Source: Rebecca billardiae RCC1528 | Lineage: Eukaryota; Protista; Haptophyta | Assembly: GCA_965240325.2 (NCBI GenBank) | Contig: OZ251242.1 | Location: 186,001-250,000, forward strand | Length of the DNA stretch: 64,000 nucleotides | Reading direction: 5' to 3' | Shown here: positions 1 through 11,494 of the stretch, piece by piece | Layout: each line of letters begins with the position of its first letter | Numbering within the stretch: position 1 is the stretch's first letter | Position numbers and translations under genes: made by a program | The notes under the pieces: model-generated | Told to the model about the DNA's origin: nothing | The model's database searches: none | The model's input: the letters and a program-made list of their open reading frames with translations, nothing else

Positions 1-1459
1 CACTAGCAGTTAGGCAAATCGGCGACGCGAGATGCGGAATGATAATACTATACGACCACGACGACAGCAGCAGATGACGAGAGCCAAGCTACATCATCTC
101 AGAGGCCTCCTGGGTCGTCTCGGGCCAGCACGCCGGACTCGCCGGCCGCCCGCCCGGAGCGCAGCCCTGTCCGCGGAGCGCAGCTGCCGGCGAGCCGCTG
201 GCCGAGCGGCCTGCTCCAGCGTGACCACCTGCAGCAAACGGATAAGCGGGCAGTCATCGGATATATGGCCTGAGGCGCCTGACCACCCGAGTCTGACGGA
301 TAGCGCCCGTGTGGTGGCAGCGCGCTCTGCCCGTCTGGGCTGACAGGCCAGCTGGCTGGCCGCGCGCCTGGCCTCGTTCGTGCGCGCTCCCAGCAGAGTG
401 GCACATGTTCGGGCACTTAGTCCTGCGGGCCGCCCGTGCCTGATGCATCAGCAGCTGCCGTGTCGTGGTGGCGAGGCCATCACGGGAATCCCAATCACGT
501 GTGCTGCGCAGCCGATGCGACAGTGCCAAACTGCGCATACTGCGGTGGCATGGCGCGCATGCAGTGGCACGCCTCACGTCGCCCGGCCGCTCGGCCAGCT
601 CCATGCATGCACCATGCATGGATCGGGCAATCTACTGGCACCCGCCTGGCATCTATACAGCCTGTAGACGACAGGGCAACAGCGCGCTTCGGATGCACAG
701 CTTCCTCCCACCACACAACGAGCGGGTTGCAACGCGGAACGCCCATGCGCGCTCCAGTTGCTCGAACCTAGCCGTAACGACGGCGTGACGCGCGGATCTG
801 GCGAACGGCGGGCCGCCCGCCCGGCGATTGCATGCGGCACTGCGGCACCGCGTTGTCGTCGCAGCACGGGCAGCAGCGTCTCCCTCACTCCACAATCGTG
901 CTCGCAGCATCATGTAGTGGCGGTCGTGCGCCGCGGCAAATCAGCACCACCGCCACTCCGCCACTCAACGTGGCCGGCACGGATGCACAACGATGACCGT
1001 CGGCGGGTCGCCGACAGTAGCTTCACGAATATCACAGTCGAATCTTCGTCAGCTTCTTTCAGCTTGATCGGATTGGTTGGGACTTGGGCGGCCCGAATCT
1101 GCTTAGACATCTATTAACGGCGCAGGTATGCTGATTGAATGTTGTTTCATCAAGTGGTACGCCGGGAGAGATCTCGCTCTAGTAAAACAAAATATATGGT
1201 TTCAGTACTTGGTATTACGCCATGCTGAGCGATCTCGCTGTGCCCACAAATATATGAGCTGGTTAAGTCGGTTGGCGGCACCCCTCATCGTTGTGAGTGC
1301 TGCTTGAGTTCCACTCACCGTCCCGTCGGGCGCCAAGCTCAGGGTATCAACACCTCACTTGACATCATCGCCATCGGTCGTCTTTTCGCCGTGGGGACGC
1401 CGGCGGGGCGCAACCTCCGCACGCTGCCTCGAAGCTTTGGAGTCCCCAACAGGGCCGGC

Positions 1460-3926
1460 ATGGCTCCGCCCGCCCCGGTTTGCCTCGAAGCACATGCCAA
1501 AGCAATAAACGACGACCGCGTAATTGGGGACGGCGACGGCGAGCACCCCGCCGATGCTTCTGCCGCAGCAGCCGACGACGAGGTCGGGCTCGCCGCCGGC
1601 AGCAAAGGTCAGTCGAAGCGACGCACGTGGTCGGCAGGAGAGGACGCGAACCTGAAAGAAGTATGTCTTGCTCATTGCAAAAGCCCCACGCACATCCGCG
1701 GCGAGTGAAGCCCTGCGGCCAGGGTGCGCGCGCGGAACCATCCTGACGCCGCCGCTCCGCCGCGCGGTGGACGCGTCACCCCCACGATCGCACGTGCATG
1801 CGCACGCGCGCAGGTGGTCGAACGGCTCGGTGCCGGGCAGTGGGCGCTGATCGCCGAGAACATGGGTGTGCGCCTCGCGCGAGCGCGCCAGGTGCATGGT
1901 AGGGCCAATTCCAGAAACCCCCGGCCCATCGACCGCTCACGCGTGCGCTCGCGCCTCCCGCTCGCCTGCCTCGCGCGCTGACTGACTACTGCGCTCAGGG
2001 GGGAGTCGCAAGGGCTGGCAATGCCGCGAGCGGTGGCTCAGCCATCTCTGCCCAGCGGTGAAGAAGGGGGACTGGTCGACGGACGAGGACCAGACGCTGG
2101 TGCAGGCCTTCGAGCGCTATGGGCAGGTGCGCGCGTTCATTCCCGCGTCGTGCGACGCATGTGATCGAATGTTCGTGCGAGCAGCGCCGAGCGCAGCACC
2201 GGCAGCGCGTGCGCCCACCGTCCGTCCGTCCATCATCATCTGATCCACGCGTCCTCGCCACCCCACGTGCCCGCAGCAATGGGCGCGCATCGGGCAGCTG
2301 CTACCCGGGCGAACGGGGCACGGGATCAAGAACCGATACCACTCGCTCAAGCGGCGCGGCTTCAGCCTCCACGGGCGAGGGGTCGAGCAGGCGATGGCGG
2401 TGGCGATCGGAATGCCACTACTCGGTGGCGGCGGTGTGGGCACGTCCGTCGCTGGCGTGCCGCCCGGCACAGTGGTGGGCGGCGTGGCGGCCGACACCGT
2501 GCCGCCCGCGCTCCCCGGGCTGGGCGCGCCGCTAGTGTCGGCGCTGCCAGCGGGAGCGGATGAGCTGCGCGTGATGCCCGGCGCTGGCACGGCGGCGGAT
2601 GGTTCGTCGATCACACCGCACAGCGCGAGCGTGCCCGGCGCGGCCACCCTGCAGGCGGCGCTACACGGCGTTGCCGGCCAGCAGGCGCAGTCGGATGGCG
2701 CCGTCAATGGCCTTGATGTGCCGATGATGGGCCCGTCCGAGATGATGGCGGTGCTGGAGCAGCAGCAGCAGCTGCTCGCGCTGATGTCTGACGCATGGTC
2801 CCAGCAGATATTGGGGCTGCACCAGCAGATGCTGCCGCTTGCCGCCTACGGGCCAGGGCAACAGCAGGGTGCATACGGCCTCTCCCATGCCGGGCAGGAG
2901 CAGCCGCGGAACTCCGCGCTGCAGCCGCAGCCGCAGCCACAGCGCCATGGCATGGGCGCAGGTGCCGTGCGCGCGCACGCGCGGACCCCTCTGGACGTAA
3001 ACATCTGCTGCGGCATCAACAACGTCGAGGGGCGCACGATGCCAAGCGGCTCGCCCTAGCTGCATGCACGCGATGCGCTGGCCATTGCGAGTCCCGTGCC
3101 CACCACCGTCCCGGCGGCGCCTCGGGCGGGTGCGCATGCGGACACGCAGCACGGCGCCTACGCATCGGCCAGCGGCGGCGCGCACGGCAGCCTGGTCAAC
3201 CCCGCGACGGCGGCGGCGCAGCGGGCGGAGCAAGCTGCCTGGGCGGCGCCGTCGCGCGCGGCGAAGCGCGGGCGCACTGAGGACGACCGCGTGGATCAGG
3301 AGCAAGATCCGCACACGCAGCAGCTGCTCCGCTCGCTCTCGCCGCGCACGCACCTCAACCTGCTGCTCGGCTACACTCTTCAGAGCATGCCATCGCTGCC
3401 CGTGACGTCGTCGGCTGCGCGCCATGCTGCGTGCCTCCAGCACGAGCCTGCGGCTGCGGCGGTCGTGGCGCAGGCTCAACGCGACGACACCGACGGGGGT
3501 GGCGGGGGCGCGCGCGTGGGCGAGTGGGTTGGCGGCAGCAGCCGCGGATCAGCACACCGCGTCGGTGGGATGCATCCTTCGCCCACCGTGATGCAGCAGC
3601 AGCTGCCGCAGCAGGCATGCGTGCATCGCCTCTTCGTGGAGCCCGCGGACAGGCCACCTCCGCCCCGGCCACGCACCCTCAGCTCAGCCCAGCCGGCGCC
3701 GGCACGCGCAGCTGCAGGTGCACCGCCGCAGCCACCGCCGCCGCAGGATGGCTTGTTTTCGCTCGCACCGAGCTCCGACGTGCGGCAGCGAATTGTCGAG
3801 CTCTCCTGGCAGCTGAGCACGCTCGCTCGGATGGACGGGCAGCCCGAGCGTGACGAGCTGCTCGATGGTGTGCTCGGTGAGCTACGCATGGCGGTGCTCG
3901 CGCAGCCGCGCGCAGATGCGCACTGA
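1460..3926 (+). pseudogene. R2R3-MYB transcription factor, copy 1; premature stop at 3057-3059 (pseudogene or truncated allele)
   Basis: Exons 1460-1660, 1814-1865, 1999-2126, 2277-... joined at GT-AG introns give RRTWSAGEDANLKE/VVERLGAGQWALIAENM/GGSRKGWQCRERWLSHLCPAVKKGDWSTDEDQTLVQAFERYGQ/QWARIGQLLPGRTGHGIKNRYHSLKRR (two Myb repeats). TAC in copy 2 is TAG here, and the downstream ORF 3096-3926 is in the same frame. Confidence 0.8.
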
Positions 3927-4879
3927 TCACGCGTCGGCTTCGGAGCGGGCCCGCAGACTCGCTCGGCATCCGACGGACGAGCCAGGGTCAAGAGTGCACA
4001 TCAAGGAGTTCCGCGGGGAGTCCGCGGTTTCAGCTAATGCATGCCACGTATTGACTGTCGTCTGCTACCGCGTCAATAGCCGCGGTCAGTGGCAGCATAT
4101 GAGCACGCCGCGTCTGCTCACCAGTCGCAGGTCGTCGCCCGGCGGCCCGACCGGGCCGGCACTGCCGACGTGAAGAGTAAGTAAGCTGCTGCTTGGTGCA
4201 GCGCCGGTGTGATCACTCACTGATCACATCACGCGTTCCTCATGTACGTAGCAGACCATGCGCCGCTTGCCAGCAGCGCCAGACATCAGTACGAGTCTTG
4301 GCACAGTAGCTAGTGAGTGCGCCACTGCCCGTAGCAGCGCACGGCACCGCGGCCGTGGCGCGCCGTAGTATGAGTATCGCCGCGTGACAGCCATGCCGAC
4401 GACTGAAGGCACCTTGGTGCGGTCGGCGTGATCCGGCACTTGCGCGTCTTCACGTCGACGACCATGCCTGCCAGCGTGTGATCAATCAGTGCACTGGCTG
4501 GCGCGCGCGTCGCCCGGCATGTCGATCGATGAAGAGTGACCCGCGTGTCATTGCTGCTTCGGGCTTGGCCGCAGCTACGCCAACAGCCACGCGTGCTGCG
4601 CTACAACTACTCCGCGAGCGCCGAGCGGTACTCAACGTACACCGCCGCGCCGTGGCCCGCGGCACTGCGCGCCGCGCTTGATTATTCAAGTCGTCATCGT
4701 ACAGCCGCGTCACCATCGCGCCCGGCGGCGCTGCTGCTGCGCGGACGCGGGGACCGCGCTGGATTCGCGGCGCACAGTTTGAAGTTTGATGATGACGATA
4801 CGATCGACGATGTTGCTTTCTTATCGCTGCTGCGATGATTCGTCTTCAGTACTACTGTACAGTATACATTACTGTAGAT

Positions 4880-4978
4880 AGAGAGAGCGAAAGAGAGAGT
4901 GAGACTAAGAGAGAGAGAGAGAGAGTCAAGAGAGAGAGAGAGAGAGAGAGAGACGAGAGAGAGACGAGAGAGAGAGCT
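4880..4978. repeat. (GA)n microsatellite
   Basis: Imperfect GA dinucleotide run. Confidence 0.95.
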
Positions 4979-5547
4979 AGCTAGGTGGCAGAGAGCTAGA
5001 TCCCAATCGGTGCCAACGGTTTTCCGTGTGGCCCTTCATTCACCTCGCCCCGGCCGCCCGCCCGTAACCCCCGCGCCGCAACCGCTCAGGACACCGCGCG
5101 GCGTGCCGTTCGCCGGCGGCGCTTTCGTCAGCCGCTACTTTGCTGCCAGTGAGGATGCTCCTGCTAGCTGCTGCTTCCTCCTTCGGTCGAGCTGCTGTCT
5201 GGAGGCGGAAGCAGCAGCTTAGGGGCTGCTGCCTCGGAGCACGAGTGTGTAGTAGGAGGAAGCGGCAGTAAACCGCCGCCCGCGCGCGCCGTCGTCGCCC
5301 AGCCCACCACCACGTCCACGGCCGTCGCCGCGGCCGCCGCGCGCGCCGCGCTGCTGTCAGCCCCGCCGCACGCCGCGCCGGCGCCCCTACGGCGCCGTGG
5401 CCACCGCGCAGTCGCCGCCGAGCTCATCACTCTCTTCGGCACCTCCGCGCCGCCCAGCCACGGCTGCCCAGCATGCCGCCACCGCGGCTCCCGCCGCCCG
5501 CTCGCGCTGTCGCCGCCCAGCTCGCCACCGCACCGCACCCGCACCCG

Positions 5548-5900
5548 CCCACTGCTCCCACCTGCGCCACTGCTCCCACCTGCGCCACTGCCCCCACCTG
5601 CGCCACTGCCCCCACCTGGCCCTGCGCCACTGCTCCCACCTGCGCCAGGCCGTGCCGTCCCACCTGCTGCGCCACTGCTCCCCGACCTGCTGCTCCCGCA
5701 CCTGCTGCTCCCTCCCACCTGCTGCTCCCACCTGCGCTGCTCCCACCTGCTGCTCCCACCTGCTGCGCGCCCACCTACTGCGCCCACCTACTGCGCCCAC
5801 CTACCTTACCTTGCTGCGCCCACCTACCTTACCTTGCTGCTGCGCCCACCTACCTACCTCCTGTCCTTGCCTAGTGCTGTGCCCACCTACCTCACCTTAC
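5548..5900. repeat. Minisatellite: 18-bp unit cactgctcccacctgcgc degenerating into ccacct(g/a)ctg variants
   Basis: Directly visible tandem array. Confidence 0.9.
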
Positions 5901-7387
5901 CCAGATCTGGGGGGCCACCTGGTTCTCGACCGCATACGAGAGCCCGCATCCCGTTCACCACCTCTGCCTCGGCGTGCAGCTCGGCAGGCTGCGCCCTGCC
6001 GTTCACGGCGGGACGGTGATCGTCCCGGCGTTGGCACGAGGGTCGTGCTCGCCGCCGGCCTTGACGTACTAGTGGCGTGTTCGGCCTAGAAACGCGCCCG
6101 GTCGGTGGCAGCAGCATCGTCGTACTTCTTGCCGCTGCGTCTCCGTCAGGGCGTTCCAAACCCGCTCGCGCTCCGCCTTCTTCTCCTTCTGCCCCATGCC
6201 GTCCGTACGCACTGATCTGCCGCCAACTTTTAGTCCATCGCCAACTCGCCGAGTACCAACGCGCCGTCCTCGCATTCGACGGCGCCCGCGCTCGCAGCGG
6301 GATTGGGAACTCCACTGCTGGAGTAGCTACCCGCTTGGCCACGCCCGCCGCCGCGGGCTTCGAGCTCGAGCCACGCGTGGGCACGGGCGTCCCCAACACC
6401 GCCGCACCAGTGCCCTGTGAGTGTGACACCTGCCAGCGACTGCGCGAGCTGCACGTCGGCCGTGTTCAGGACAGTTGGTTAGGGCGTCAGGCCACCGTAA
6501 GTGACTGGACGAGCCATCTGGCGCGTGCACTGCTCGTCTTGGGCGGCTCCGACGCCATCGGCGCGGAGCTGCCGGCACGCGTCGCGCCAGCAGCGCTGTC
6601 GCCGCCCACGGACGCGTCGGATCGCCCAGCATCCTCGTTCGAACACGAACGGCCTGTGGGAGTGGGACCCCGGACTCTCTTGGTTTCTACCCTTCCTCTC
6701 TGTACTGGACCCTGGTGAGATTACGTTGTACAGCAAAGGAATCAAGATGATATGAATTATAACAGTCTGCAGTAACCTGCTGTGTCGAATCAAGAATCTT
6801 CGCAGCTTCTTTCAGCTAATCGATGACTTGGTCGAGCTGTGAAGGGCCCTGCTATCAGGCTACTACCGATACTGAAATGATGGGACGATTGGTTTCATCC
6901 AACTCATTCTAAGATTCATTGATTTAACGACACAGGTAGGACGACGAGGTATGATACGCCAGGCCCCGGAGCGATCTTATTTTATCACCTGATTATCGCG
7001 CCTGTCGAATCTTCGTCAGCTTCTTTCCGCTTGATGAGTTTAGGTTGAGCTGTACCCAGTTGTGTGCAGCCCCGGCGGCCCGAATCTGCTTTAAACTTAT
7101 TAATATATATCTGAAGGGCCCCTGATGCTCTACAAATACTGAAAAGATGATGAGATGTGGTTTCATTAATTGGTACGCCAGGAGCGATCTCGCTGCACCC
7201 ACATATATGATCTGGTTATGTTGGTTTACACCCGCCCTTTCCGCGCGTTGGGGGTGAGTTCCACACCGGTTCGGGGCCGCCAACGACAATCAACGCGAGG
7301 CAGCACGAACCGCCCATCGCACAGTGACGTCACCGCTCGCCGCGGGGACGCGGGGGCGCAACCTCCGCACGCCTCGAGCGGGTCGAC

Positions 7388-9796
7388 ATGGCGCCGCCTG
7401 CCCCGGTTTGGCATGCGAACGACGACCGCGTGATTGGGGACGACGACGGCGAGAATCCCGCCGATGCTTCTGCCGCAGCAGCCGACGACGAGGTCGGGCT
7501 CGCCGCCGGCAGCAAAGGTCAGCCGACGCGACGCACGTGGTCGGCAGGAGAGGACGCGAACCTGAAAGAAGTATGTCTTGCTCACTGCAAAAGCCCCACG
7601 CGCATCCGCGGCGAGTGACGCCCTGCGGCCAGGGTGCGCGAGCGGAAACATCCTGACGCCGCCGCTCCGCGTCACCCCCACGATCGCACGCGCATGCGCA
7701 CGCGCGCAGGTGGTCGAACGGCTCGGTGCCGGGCAGTGGGCGCTGATCGCCGAGAACATGGGTGTGCGCCCCGCGCGAGCGCGCCAGGTGCATGGTAGGG
7801 CCAATTCCAGAAATCTCCGGCCCATCGACCGCTCACTCGTGCACTCGCGCCTCCCGCTCGCCTTCCTCGCGCGCTGACTGACTACTGCGCTCAGGGGGGA
7901 GTCGCAAGGACTGGCAGTGCCGCGAGCGGTGGCTCAGCCATCTCTGCCCAGCGGTGAAGAAGGGGGGCTGGTCGACGGACGAGGACCAGACGCTGGTGCA
8001 AGCCTTCGAGCGCTATGGGCAGGTGCGCGCGTTTATTCCCGCGTCGTGCGACGCATGTGATCGACGAATCCTCGTGCGAGCGCGCGCGCCCACACCGTCC
8101 GTCCATCATCATCTGATCCACGCGTCCTCGCCACCCCACGTGCCCGCAGCAATGGGCGCGCATCGGGCAGCTGCTACCCGGGCGAACGGGGCACGGGATC
8201 AAGAACCGATACCACTCGCTCAAGCGGCGCGGCTTCAGCCTCCACGGGCGAGGGGTCGAGCAGGCGATGGCGGTGGCGATCGGAATGCCACTACTCGGTG
8301 GCGGCGGTGTGGGCACGTCCGTCGCTGGCGTGCCGCCCGGCACAGTGGTGGGCGGCGTGGCGGCCGACACCGTGCCGCCCGCGCTCCCCGGGCTGGGCGC
8401 GCCGCTAGTGTCGGCGCTGCCAGCGGGAGCGGATCAGCTGCGCGTGATGCCCGGCGCTGGCACGGCGGCGGATGGTTCGTCGATCACACCGCACAGCGCG
8501 AGCGTGCCCGGCGCGGCCAACCTGCAGGCGGCGCTACACGGCGTTGCCGGCCAGCAGGCGCAGTCGGATGGCGCCGTCAATGGCCTTGATGTGCCGATGA
8601 TGGGCCCGTCCGAGATGATGGCGGTGATGGAGCAGCAGCAGCAGCTGCTCGCGCTGATGTCTGACGCATGGTCCCAGCAGATCTTGGGGCTGCACCAGCA
8701 GATGCTGCCGCTTGCCGCCTACGGGCCAGGGCAGCAGCAGGGTGCATACGGCCTCTCCCATGCCGGGCAGGAGCAGCCGCGCAACTCCGCGCTGCAGCCG
8801 CAGCCGCAGCCACAGCGCCATGGCATGGGCGCAGGTGCCGTGCGCGCGCACGCGCGAACCCCTCTGGACCTGAACAGCTGCGGCATCATCAACGGCGCGG
8901 GGCGCACGTTGCCAAGCGGCTCGCCCTACTTGCAAGCAGGCGGTGCGCCGGCCGTTGCGAGTCCCGTGCCCACCACCGTCCCGGCGGCGCCTCGGGCGGG
9001 TGCGCATGCGGACACGCAGCACAGCGCCTACGCATCGGCCAGCGGCGGCGCGCACGGCAGCCTGGTCAACCCCGCGACGGCGGCGGCGCAGCGGGCGGAG
9101 CAAGCTGCCTGGGCGGCGCCGGCGCGCGCGGCGAAGCGCGGGCGCACTGAGGACGACCGCGTGGATCAGGAGCAAGATCCGCACGCGCAGCAGCTGCTCC
9201 GCTCGCTCTCGCCGCGCACGCACCTCAACCTGCTGCTCGGGTACACTCTTCAGAGCATGCCATCGCTGCCCGTGACGTCGTCGGCTGCGCGCCATGCTGC
9301 GTGCCTCCAGCACGAGCCTGCGGCTGCGGCGGTCGTGGCGCAGGCTCAACGCGACGACACCGACGGGGGTGGCGGGGGCGCGCGCGTGGGCGAGTGGGTT
9401 GGCGGCAGCAGCCGCGGATCAGCACACCGCGTCGGTGGGATGCATCCTTCGCCCACCGTGATGCAGCAGCAGCTGCCGCAGCAGGCATGCGTGCATCGCC
9501 TCTTCGTGGAGCCCGCGGACAGGCCACCTCCGCCCCGGCCACGCACCCTCAGCTCAGCCCAGCCGGCGCCGGCACGCGCAGCTGCAGGTGCACCGCCGCA
9601 GCCACCGCCGCCGCAGGATGGCTTGTTGTCGCTCGCACCGAGCTCCGACGTGCGGCAGCGAATTGTCGAGCTCTCGTCGAAGCTGCGCACGCTCGCTCAG
9701 ATGGACGAGCAGCCCGGGCGTGACGAGCTGCTCGATGGTGTGCTCGGTGAGCTACGCATGGCGGTGCTCGCGCAGCCGCGCGCAGATGCGCACTGA
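7388..9796 (+). CDS. R2R3-MYB transcription factor, copy 2 (intact, 3 introns, long Q/A/P-rich C-terminus)
   Basis: Same exon structure and Myb W-x19-W motifs as copy 1 (CRERW, WSTDED, IKNRY); the last exon is open to TGA at 9794-9796. Confidence 0.88.
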
Positions 9797-10281
9797 TCAC
9801 GCGTCGGCTGGAGCGGGCCCGCAGACTCGCTCGGCATCCGACGGACGAGCCAGGGTCGAGAGTGCACAGCAAGGAGTTCCGCGGGGTCCGCGGGGTTAGT
9901 GCCACGTACTGACTGACGTACGACTGCCGTACCGCGCAAATAGCCGCGGCCAGCGCGTGAGCGCGCGGCACGGCCTGACGGCGCCGGGCCGCGGCGCCGC
10001 ACGGCGGCCCGACGGCGCGGCGCCGCCTCCTGCGTCAGCAACACCGTCGGACACACCGCGGACAGCCGCTGCCAGTCGGGTCGGCGTCGGCGGCCCAAGC
10101 CGGCACTGCCGAATTAGGAAGGCTGCTGCTCGGCGAGACGAACATGCCCGCCAGCGTGTGATCAGTGCACGACTGGCTGGCGCGCGCGTCGCTCGGCGCG
10201 TCGATCGATGAAGACCTGTCATCGCGGCTTCGCCCGCAACGGTGTGTTCGGTGCAAGCCGCTGGGCGGGCGTGGACGAACG

Positions 10282-11238
10282 ATGGCTCCGCAGATGCACG
10301 CCACCCGGCGACACGGCCGCCGCGTGCGCACGGCGGCGCTGTGGGCGTCGTTCGCGTCGCTCACCGCGCGCGGCGCGCGCGCGCTCGGCGTCGCCGCCGT
10401 CCCACGCGCGCCCACGCCGACCGAGCTCGTCTTCTCGCGCGTCGGCCTGCGCACGCTGGAGGTGCCGCTCGGCGGCGCGCTCGGCACCGCGCGCCTCGTC
10501 GCGCCGGCGTGCAGCGACCGGCTGCTCGACGTGTACGTCGAGCACGCGGGCGAGATGGAGGAGCGCACGCCGTACTTTGGCGTCGTGTGGCCCTCCGCCG
10601 TCGCGCTCGCGCGGCACATTGGCGCCTTCGCGCGCCCGTCCGACCGCGTGCTCGAGCTCGGCTGCGGGCTCGGGCTCGCCGGCCTCGCCGCCGCGCTCGC
10701 GGTGCCGGACGCGCGCGTGACGCTGACCGACCACGACCCGGTCGCGACCGCGCTCGCGGCGCGCTCCGCCGCGGCGAACGCCGTCGCCGACCGCGTCGAC
10801 GCGCGCACGCTCGACTGGACGCGCGCGGGCGCGTGGGAGGAGGCGTGCGCGACGCTCGTCCTCGCGGCTGACGTGATCTATGAGCCCGAGGCGGCGGCGC
10901 ACGTGGCGACGGTGCTCGCGCGCACGCTGCGGCCGGGCGGGCGGTTCGTGCTCGCCGACTCGGAGACGCGGGCGCACCGCCCCGTGCTGCGCGAGCGGCT
11001 GCGCGAGCTCGGCTGCTTCGAGCCGTGCGCCCTGGACGCGCTCGAGCTGCCAGCGGCGGCGCCGCCGCTCGGCGCGCTGGCACCGCGAGCGCCGGCGCGG
11101 GCAGCCGCCTCAGCATCCGAGGCTGCGGGCTGCGCGGCGGCTGCCGAGGCTGCCGTCGGCGAGCGGCGCGTGAGTGTGACGTGGGAGGGCGCGCAGCACG
11201 CGGTCGTACTCGCGGCGTGGGAGCGGCGTCGCAGCTAG
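10282..11238 (+). CDS. Class I SAM-dependent methyltransferase, METTL21/Methyltransf_16 (protein-lysine MTase) family
   Basis: PYFGVVWPSAVALA, motif I VLELGCGLGLAGL, VTLTD, LDW, VLAADVIYE motifs; ATG 10282 is in frame and is followed by a possible targeting peptide. Confidence 0.88.
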   Translation: MAPQMHATRRHGRRVRTAALWASFASLTARGARALGVAAVPRAPTPTELVFSRVGLRTLEVPLGGALGTARLVAPACSDRLLDVYVEHAGEMEERTPYFGVVWPSAVALARHIGAFARPSDRVLELGCGLGLAGLAAALAVPDARVTLTDHDPVATALAARSAAANAVADRVDARTLDWTRAGAWEEACATLVLAADVIYEPEAAAHVATVLARTLRPGGRFVLADSETRAHRPVLRERLRELGCFEPCALDALELPAAAPPLGALAPRAPARAAASASEAAGCAAAAEAAVGERRVSVTWEGAQHAVVLAAWERRRS

Positions 11239-11494
11239 GCCTCCGACGGCTGCCGAGCAGCGTGTTCGCCGAGGCCGCTTCATTGCCAACTGTCTTCCGC
11301 TCTGGAGCTGCGTGCCGCGTTTGTGCCTGTCCAGACGGAGAGGTCCGGCCCGGGCGGCGGCCCCGCGCGGCCCGGAGCTGACGGTTGGCCGATTTCGGCA
11401 GCACTTATTATTGGGGCGCCAAGACGCGCCTCTGCGCTCGCTCGACGCCCGCGCGTTCCGCTAGCTCGGCACCCGCGCGGCGACGACGCACGCG

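Larger units (their letters stand above)
1036..10250. repeat. Segmental tandem duplication: ~1036-4560 vs ~7004-10250, separated by an unrelated ~2-kb insert
   Basis: Near-identical MYB genes, shared upstream sequence (gtcgaatcttcgtcagcttctttc at ~1037, ~7005 and partially ~6785) and shared downstream sequence (ccagcgtgtgatca..gctggcgcgcgcgtcgc at ~4470 and ~10150). Confidence 0.85.

Noticed and set aside
1-1030. Overlapping short ORFs at the window start
   Set aside because: No motifs or codon bias; treated as intergenic.
5548-5900. Possible CRISPR-like array or repetitive protein ORFs
   Set aside because: Contiguous tandem repeats with no unique spacers; the ORFs arise from the stop-free minisatellite.
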